A stretch of DNA of 63,109 bases, the filler included. It is 9 parts of 9 records of this genome, joined end to end, with 100 filler letters (N's around TTAATTAATTAA, not from the genome) between each part and the next. Parts side by side here need not be neighbours in the genome. Positions count along the whole stretch, not along the records: positions 52,716 to 57,863 come from SRR31147125_34454; positions 57,964 to 63,109 come from SRR31147125_34616; 7 more parts are not named here. One strand, 5' to 3'. Below, piece after piece: positions 56,681-63,109 of this stretch (position 1 is the stretch's first letter; each line of letters opens with the position of its first letter). The notes under the pieces were generated by a model. The model did no database searches, was not told the origin of the DNA, and was given only the letters and a program-made list of their open reading frames with translations. Made by a program: the position numbers and the translations under genes.

Positions 56681-57863
56681 TCATATTTTGTTAAGAATGT
56701 AGCTCCCAATTTGACAGTCTAAACAATCTCGGGGGATACAATAATTATTGAATAGTTGAATGAGTGCCTGCGACTCAGAAGCATTATTTGTTTTAATACC
56801 ATAGAGGTTCCATAACTTTATTATTTTGTTAGACTCTACACTAGTTTCTTGTAATATGGATAAAGCTTTGTCTCTGTATTTTTGTTGCTGTTTTATATTT
56901 CCATAAAAGAATAAAAAGGGGGCAATGGTATTGATTATTATATTCTTTGTAGCGAGGTCGCCAAGTTTTTTAATTCGTTTTGGTGATTCTTTTTTGAATG
57001 TGTAGTGAGTTTCCCAAAACTCTGATGTAGTTTTTGAAAAAAAGTTTTTAATTTCTCCGGTATTATTTGAATTGATGATTTTTGAAAAAATTGCATAATA
57101 GCTTTTAATAACTGATGCAAATTGAGCAATTCTAATTGTCGGAAAGTTGGAAGGGCGCATTCTTAAAAACTTCCATTGATGTTTCTCGAGCTTTTTTAAA
57201 TGGTATTTATTGCTTAAGTGTTTAAACTCTGTGACTAAGCTTTCATGATAATTATTAGATGGGATTTTTTCATCCAAGAATCCAGCAACTCCAAATAAAA
57301 GGGATTCGATTTGAAACAAAGAATCACTATGGTGAGTCAACGTTTTAATTGGAATATGCCTGGCTAACTGTTCAAATGGATCTGAATTTGACTTTAAACC
57401 AAAGCTAATGGCTAACTGCTCATAAAATGTTTGTTCAATGTCGTTTTTATTTCTCTCCCAACGTTTTTGTATTTCTCGTGATTTACTTTCTAATCTTTCT
57501 ACTCCAAGTCGGTCTATCCAGTTATTGATGTAGAGACTATCAATTTCTTGCAGGTAGTTTGAGCAACCAATAGATTCTTTTGTGATTTGCAGGTATGTAT
57601 ATTTCTCAAATATGGATTTGTTAAACTGAAGTACAACAACAGGTATTTTTTCTCCAAGAAGATTATAAATAGATTTATCATTTTCATAAACAACATGGAG
57701 AATAACATTATTATATGCACCGTTCTTAGAATGATTATGCTTTTGCCAATCAGAAGTGCGTAGATGAATTTCAATATTACCTGCCCAAATAGTGTTTCCT
57801 ATTTTTATTTTGGCATTTGTGAAATCAGGGCCGGCATCATGATTGTGAATTCCTGAATTAATA
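56681..57863 (-). CDS. DUF2851 family protein (5'-partial)
   Basis: N.DAGPDF, GNIEIH, W..H.H, RMRPSNFPTIRIAQ, FWETHY, C...CLDC.IG. Confidence 0.88.
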
Positions 57864-57963
57864 NNNNNNNNNNNNNNNNNNNNNNNNNNNNNNNNNNNNN
57901 NNNNNNNTTAATTAATTAANNNNNNNNNNNNNNNNNNNNNNNNNNNNNNNNNNNNNNNNNNNN

Positions 57964-58073
57964 AAAATATCCAGGGGAGTTATACTAATGTTGTCGGCCT
58001 TCCTCTCTGCGAGGTGGTTGAACTTCTGGAACGGGCCGGGGCTGCCCGGTTGTTTTCCTGGGATAGCGAATAA
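57964..58073 (+). CDS. maf: Maf-family protein, 3' end
   Basis: GSYTNVVGLPLCEV. Confidence 0.85.
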
Positions 58074-58124
58074 AGCCCGGGTTAGACGGGCCAACCCTGT
58101 TTAGGTCGGAAGGAGGGGTGGAAA

Positions 58125-58819
58125 GTGAGCGTACGGGAAAATCTTGAGCATGTTCGGGAGCAGTTGGCTGCGGCCTGTGTCCGGACCGGTCGAAGCCCGG
58201 AGGACGTCCGACTGGTGGCCATTGCCAAGACCAAGCCTGTGGAAACGGTGCGGGAAGCCTTTGCCGCGGGGCAGAAAATCATCGGCGAAAGCTATGTTCA
58301 GGAATTTGCGGAGAAGGTAGCTGTCATTGAGGAGCCGGTGGAGTGGCACTTTGTTGGCGCTCTGCAGACCAACAAAGTGAAATATCTGCGCGGCAAAGTC
58401 GCTCTGATTCACTCGGTGGACCGGCTTCATCTCGCCGAGGAGATTAACCGTCAGTGGGGTAAAATCGGGGAAACGGCGGATATTCTCATCCAGCTCAACC
58501 TCGGCCACGAGGCGACCAAGTCGGGGACATCCGAGGAAGAGCTTGAAGTCCTGGTGCGGGAAATTGTTCAGCTTCCTCACGTTAGAATCAGGGGACTTAT
58601 GACGCTTCCCCCTATTTTGATGACCCGGAAGAGGTTCGCCCATTTTTCAGGGAACTGAGGGAGCTGGGGCAACATATTGCCGGCTTGAACATTCCGGGCG
58701 TGGAGATGTGCGAGTTGTCCATGGGCATGACTCATGATTTCGAGGTCGCTATCGAAGAGGGAGCTACCCTGATCCGTGTGGGGACGGCCATTTTCGGTGC
58801 TCGCCAGCCCAAACGATAA
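58125..58819 (+). CDS. yggS: PLP homeostasis protein YggS (frameshift at about 58612)
   Basis: LVAIAKT, GESYVQE, WHFVG.LQTNK, GLMT.PP; shifted frame gives LSMGMTHDFEVAIEEGATLIRVGTAIFG. Confidence 0.93.
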
Positions 58820-58826
58820 AACTGTC

Positions 58827-59459
58827 ATGACGAAAATAGACACATTTCTATTTGATCTGGATGGAACTCTCGTCGATTCCGTGGCTGATATCGCGACAAG
58901 CATAAATCTGCTGCGCAGAGAGGTTGGCCTTGAGCCTTTGAGCAGGCTGGACGTGGGGACCAAAGTCGGTGATGGTGCGCGTAGTCTCGTTGAACGATCC
59001 CTGCCGGAAGGGATGTTTTCCGATGAGTGTTTTGAGCTGTTTCTTCAGTTGTATGCCGAGCATGTCTGTGAAGAGACGTATCTGTATCCGGGGATTCTTG
59101 ATTTTCTGAAAGCCCATCAACCCTGCCGACTGGCGGTTGTGACCAACAAGCCGACCGGGCTCAGCGAAAAACTTCTGAAAAATCTCGAGGTGAGAGATTG
59201 TTTCGCCGTGGTCCTGGGCCCGGAATGCTGCCCAGCGAAAAAGCCGGATCCGGCACCCGTGCTGGAAGCTCTCCGGATTTTAAAGTCTCGTCCCGAATCG
59301 ACGGTGATGATCGGTGATCACCATACGGATCTTATCGCCGGCCGGGCCGCCGGTATAAAAACCTGTTTCTGTGCCTGGGGGATCGGCGAGGACGGCGGCA
59401 TCCCTTACGATTTTCGGGCGGAGACCGCGGCCGATCTGCTGAAGCATTTTCCCGCATAA
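58827..59459 (+). CDS. gph: HAD hydrolase, phosphoglycolate phosphatase-like
   Basis: FDLDGTLVDS, VTNK, KKPDP, MIGD...D. Confidence 0.85.
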   Translation: MTKIDTFLFDLDGTLVDSVADIATSINLLRREVGLEPLSRLDVGTKVGDGARSLVERSLPEGMFSDECFELFLQLYAEHVCEETYLYPGILDFLKAHQPCRLAVVTNKPTGLSEKLLKNLEVRDCFAVVLGPECCPAKKPDPAPVLEALRILKSRPESTVMIGDHHTDLIAGRAAGIKTCFCAWGIGEDGGIPYDFRAETAADLLKHFPA

Positions 59460-59580
59460 AATTTCGAAGTTTGCATAGCCCCAAGAAAAGTCCTTGATCC
59501 TCAAGTTGAACCTCCACTAGCATAAAACTGAACCCTTGGTGAAGATTACCTGTTCCTGCTTTTTCGGAAAGGCGCCATCT

Positions 59581-59742
59581 TTGGATAAAAAACATCCCTG
59601 CGACGACTGCCAGCAATGCCAATGGTGCTCCGATGAGCGCTGCCGCCTCTGTCTGAAAAATAAAAGCTGCTGCCGCAAGAAAAAGCTCTCCATGGCCGAA
59701 CAGATCGCTTTGTATGAGGCGATGAATAAAAAACCGGATTAG
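59581..59742 (+). CDS. Small Cys-rich protein (about 53 aa, 8 Cys)
   Basis: KKHPCDDCQQCQWCSDERCRLC...CC..KLSMAEQIALYE; followed by a terminator; start uncertain. Confidence 0.65.
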   Translation: MDKKHPCDDCQQCQWCSDERCRLCLKNKSCCRKKKLSMAEQIALYEAMNKKPD

Positions 59743-59765
59743 TCTGTGTGTCACCATCTTTTTAA

Positions 59766-59815
59766 AGAAATCAGAAAGGCCTGCCCAGGTTTTTGGGCAG
59801 GCCTTTCTGATTTCT
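59766..59815. terminator. 22-bp perfect inverted repeat (terminator or REP-like)
   Basis: agaaatcagaaaggcctgccca-ggtttt-tgggcaggcctttctgatttct. Confidence 0.75.
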
Positions 59816-60038
59816 CAGGGGATTTAATAATCCTGCTATCCTGCACAATTTTACCCCGCCAAAATGATTCAACAGTCAATATGTCGAAGAGAAAATTTGA
59901 CAAATTGACCAAATCAACTTAATTTGGGTTTGAAATTTTACTGGCACACTACCCACGACACTGTCAAAATTGGCCGACTAAGTTAATTTCGTTCTGCCAA
60001 AATGATTTTATATAAAAATTTTGATGGAGGAAAAAATT

Positions 60039-60368
60039 ATGAAACAATTATTGATTCTTATCTGCAGCCTTTGCCTGATCCTGGCTCCTGGTGCCGTACT
60101 TGCAAAAAAAGACAATAAAGGTCAAGGCAAAGGGCCAACGCCCAATGAGTCTGCTTACGAGAATGCTTCTGACAATGCCAAGTTTAAACGTGGTGAAGAC
60201 TGGCAAGGTGGCCAAGGCAAGCAGGATGACGAGGATGAAATAGAGACCTTGGAAAAAAAAGGTAAAAAATCTAAAGAACAGGAACGCAATAAAGAAAAAC
60301 ACCACAAAAAGAAGAGTAAGGGCAAGCATGGTGATGCCAAAATGGACAATGGTGGCAAAAAAAAATGA
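60039..60368 (+). CDS. Secreted Lys/Gly-rich low-complexity protein
   Basis: RBS GGAGG, signal peptide (AVLA), P.PNESAYE.A.DNAKFKR motif, highly charged tail. Confidence 0.7.
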   Translation: MKQLLILICSLCLILAPGAVLAKKDNKGQGKGPTPNESAYENASDNAKFKRGEDWQGGQGKQDDEDEIETLEKKGKKSKEQERNKEKHHKKKSKGKHGDAKMDNGGKKK

Positions 60369-60441
60369 AGAAATCAGAGTGAGTTTGACATGAAACGGCA
60401 GAAGTGACGTTCCTCAAAATAATTTTATGTGGAGGTTTTTC

Positions 60442-60849
60442 ATGCAAAATAAATTGCTACGGTCAGTAAGTTTCTTTTTAGTTTTTTCATTTCTTCTGCT
60501 CAATATTACCGTGCCCAAGGCTCAGGCTCAGATGGTCGGGACTAATGCCGTGATCGCAGGGCAGCAAGATGCAAACCAGCGGGCTCAGGTCGCCAACTTT
60601 CTGGCTCGTGAAGATGTGAAGCAGATCATGATCCAGCATGCTGTTGATCCTGTCGAAGCACAAAAAAGAGTTGATAGCCTTTCGAGCGAAGAACTAACAA
60701 GACTTGCAAATTCCATAGATCAGTTGCCTGCCGGTGGCGATGGGATAGGAGTGATCGTTGGTGCCGCGGTTCTTATCTTTTTAGTTTTATTGATTACGGA
60801 TCTTCTCGGCTTAACTCATGTTTTCCCCTTTGTTAATCCCCAACGCTAA
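60442..60849 (+). CDS. PA2779-family protein
   Basis: Signal peptide AQA-QMV.T, FLAREDV, RVDSLS.EEL, LPAGG, IFLVLLITDLLG. Confidence 0.82.
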   Translation: MQNKLLRSVSFFLVFSFLLLNITVPKAQAQMVGTNAVIAGQQDANQRAQVANFLAREDVKQIMIQHAVDPVEAQKRVDSLSSEELTRLANSIDQLPAGGDGIGVIVGAAVLIFLVLLITDLLGLTHVFPFVNPQR

Positions 60850-60889
60850 GCGCAAAACAGATACACATTTGGGACAGGTCGGCAGTGGA

Positions 60890-61816
60890 ATGATTGCCGA
60901 CCTGTTGTTTTTAGCACTGTGTATAATGCTGACTGGATGTAGCCTCTCCACATCGGGTTATTTGTCTCAGAGTTCCAAAAGTCCGACTAAAGCCATGGTT
61001 GACGGTGTACCTTTTTTTGCCCAGCAAGAATTGCAGTGCGGACCGGCAGCTCTTGCCATGGTTCTGAAGTGGAGCGGAGTTGCCGAACAGCCTTCCGATA
61101 TATCCTCAGAGGTTTATACTCCCGGTCTAAAAGGCAGCCTACAGAGTTCTCTGATTGGATCGGCTCGCAGACATGGCCGGGTTGCATACCCCATCTCAGG
61201 CATTGAGTCCCTGATGGCCGAGGTTTCTGCCGGTCATCCGGTTATCGTTCTGGTCAATCTCGGTTTTTTCTGGTATCCACAATGGCACTATGCTGTGGTT
61301 ATTGGCTATGACCAGGAGGAGGAAGAGGTTATCCTCCATTCGGGGCTCACGGCCAAGGAGATTCTCAGTTCAAGGACCTTCAGGAATATTTGGAAACGTA
61401 GCAAGTACTGGGGGCTTTTGGTCCTGCCTCCAAACCGGTTGCCGAATGTTGCCGGGGAAGGAGCATGGCTTACTGCCGTTGCTGGTTTGGAAAATGCCGG
61501 GCAATGGCAGGCTGCTGCAACCGGTTATGCCACTGCCCTGAAACGATGGAATGAAAGTTTTGTCTCCTGGATGGGCCTTGGCAACAGTCTATACCATCTG
61601 CATGATCTTGACTCTTCCGCTGAGGCGTTCTATCAGGCAACCCAGCTTCAACCAGAAAACGGTATGGCCTTTAATAATTGGGCCCATGTCTTGGCTGAGC
61701 AGGGTAAACTGCAGGAAGCCCTGAGTGCGGCACAGCGTGCTGTAAATCTTGGCGGACCAATGAAAGATACATTTTGTCAAACCCTAGAGGAGATCAAACT
61801 GATGAGGAAGGACTGA
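60890..61816 (+). CDS. PA2778-family C39-like cysteine peptidase lipoprotein with TPR
   Basis: LTGC lipobox, VPFFAQ..LQCGPAALAM, P.WHYAVVIGYD, TPR tail. Confidence 0.88.
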   Translation: MIADLLFLALCIMLTGCSLSTSGYLSQSSKSPTKAMVDGVPFFAQQELQCGPAALAMVLKWSGVAEQPSDISSEVYTPGLKGSLQSSLIGSARRHGRVAYPISGIESLMAEVSAGHPVIVLVNLGFFWYPQWHYAVVIGYDQEEEEVILHSGLTAKEILSSRTFRNIWKRSKYWGLLVLPPNRLPNVAGEGAWLTAVAGLENAGQWQAAATGYATALKRWNESFVSWMGLGNSLYHLHDLDSSAEAFYQATQLQPENGMAFNNWAHVLAEQGKLQEALSAAQRAVNLGGPMKDTFCQTLEEIKLMRKD

Positions 61817-61964
61817 TCTCGGGAAGAGGAAAACATCCAAGCTAACGTAGAACAAAATTAAAACTGCAATGCGTTTCTCATAATTCACCCCTTGTAAAAC
61901 ACGAAAAGCCATCGTTCGCCGAACCGGGGGCTTTTCTCGTTTATCACTGTCGATCAGGAGTAGA

Positions 61965-61995
61965 AATGGCCTGACCGGAAACCGGTCAGGCCATT
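61965..61995. terminator. Hairpin between convergent genes
   Basis: aatggcctgaccgg-aaa-ccggtcaggccatt. Confidence 0.7.
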
Positions 61996-62034
61996 ATTGC
62001 AATTTTTAAAAAAGCTGGATTTAACGGGCTGTGG

Positions 62035-62566
62035 TCAATAAGTGTTGATAATAACCTCTACAGGTACCGATTTGGATACTACATCATGTACCGGTGAAAA
62101 GTGATAATACTTCTCCAGTTCTTCAACAGGGGCTTTAGTTTGGATGTTAAATTCGACTCGGATTTTTTGATAGCCGGCTCTGATATCAGGATTTAACCCG
62201 AACAAGCCTTGCAAATCTAATTCGCCCTTGTAGGTGGAGTCCATTTTGTTGATCTCGTGCCCATTCAAAGCAGCGTAATACGCTATAGTTGTAGTCATGC
62301 AACCAGACAAAGCACTGAGGAGGAACTCAACCGGATTGGCTCCTTTGTCATGGCCTTCAATCAAGACAGGTTCGCCGGCTTGGAAATGGAATTTTTGTTT
62401 GTGCCTTTGTTCAGCCCCGGCCGCATAAAAGTCTATAGTTTCTGAATTGTTTTCATCGCCATTGACCCAGTGGTTTTGCACCCGAAATTCACAGGTTGCC
62501 AATGAAGGCTGTTTTTTTATATTTTCCAGGGTTTTTCAACCCTGAGGTGTTTACGCCGTTTAACAT
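62035..62566 (-). CDS. OsmC-family protein (frameshift at about 62535)
   Basis: RBS AGGAGA, MLNGVN..., EP....G.D.GANPVE.LL.AL.GC, G.LDL.G..G, SPV.D. Confidence 0.85.
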
Positions 62567-62871
62567 GATTCTCTCCTTTCTTGTTTTGGTAGGTTGTGAG
62601 GTCAAAAGGATTTTTGTTTCCCATCTGTAATTTTATTACTGGTTGCTGAATTAGCAAGTTGGTTTCCCTATTAAAATTCCCCTATTAGAAGGAACCCCCT
62701 GTAGCTCAATTTTTCAACAAGTGTCTATCAATCAGACACGGAAATGGCCAGCCTCAAAAAGGGGTTGGCCATTCTTATTGACCAGGGCATATAAGAATCG
62801 AACAAAGAGGTGATCTGCAAGAAAGCTTAGTTATTTCAACATATTGATTCAATGTGAAAAGGTTAGAACCC

Positions 62872-62899
62872 TTGACAGAAAGCAAAAGAGGGATAAAGT
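62872..62899 (+). promoter_or_regulatory. Sigma70-like promoter
   Basis: TTGACA-N16-TAAAGT upstream of the last ORF. Confidence 0.5.
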
Positions 62900-62969
62900 C
62901 AAATGATACTGTTTAATAACTGGTGAGTCCCTGCTTCATTATGAATACAACCTTAAGGAGAAAACGGCA

Positions 62970-63109
62970 ATGACACCAGACCATCCGTGGATGTGGCATT
63001 GGGGTGGAATGTGGATTTTCCCTATGCTCATGTTCATAGTAATGATCATCTTTTTGTTCATAATTTTCAGAAAAGGGTTCTGTATGCCACCGTGGTGGGG
63101 GCCAGGGGG
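62970..63109 (+). CDS. Small membrane protein, probably SHOCT-type (3'-partial)
   Basis: RBS AAGGAG; MTPDHPWMWHWGGMWIFP followed by a TM helix. Confidence 0.6.
   Translation, partial: MTPDHPWMWHWGGMWIFPMLMFIVMIIFLFIIFRKGFCMPPWWGPG

Noticed and set aside
11964-57963. Recurrent TTAATTAATTAA motif and apparent gene neighbourhoods across it
   Set aside because: Artificial linker; genes on different contigs are not linked, and the eukaryote-bacteria adjacency is not HGT

Overview
This window is not one locus. It is nine unrelated metagenomic contigs joined by 100-nt N linkers carrying TTAATTAATTAA. (1) 1-11963: an intron-rich microbial eukaryote with two convergent, domain-collinear paralogous genes for giant IPT/TIG-repeat, probably GPI-anchored surface proteins; their stop codons are only 9 nt apart. 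(2) Bacteroidota: AmpG-like MFS, GH18 chitinase, Xaa-Pro dipeptidyl-peptidase. (3) Probable spirochaete accessory region: a Cas4-like/DnaQ-like DUF2779 nuclease, a WYL regulator, a DriD-type box, and a probable second dnaB copy lacking Walker B, plus a DUF429 nuclease, gene fragments, a GxxExxY nuclease with a structured leader, and GNATs. (4) GH92, GH97, M43 protease, LacI. (5) Desulfobacterota-like REC/CheR/CheB/GGDEF cluster and a non-pyrrolysine MttB. (6) Planctomycete-like GH5, GH9, acetylesterase, LacI, prepilin. (7) Tandem FtsX/MacB permeases. (8) pnp, rpsO, K+ channel, DUF2851. (9) Desulfuromonadales-like maf, yggS, gph, a Cys-rich small protein, the PA2779/PA2778 pair and OsmC. About 14 single-base frameshifts, mostly in homopolymers, look like sequencing error. 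The best novelty candidates are the DUF2779-WYL-DnaB(no Walker B) module and the tail-to-tail IPT/TIG gene pair. Family and taxon calls are from motif recognition only; no searches were run.
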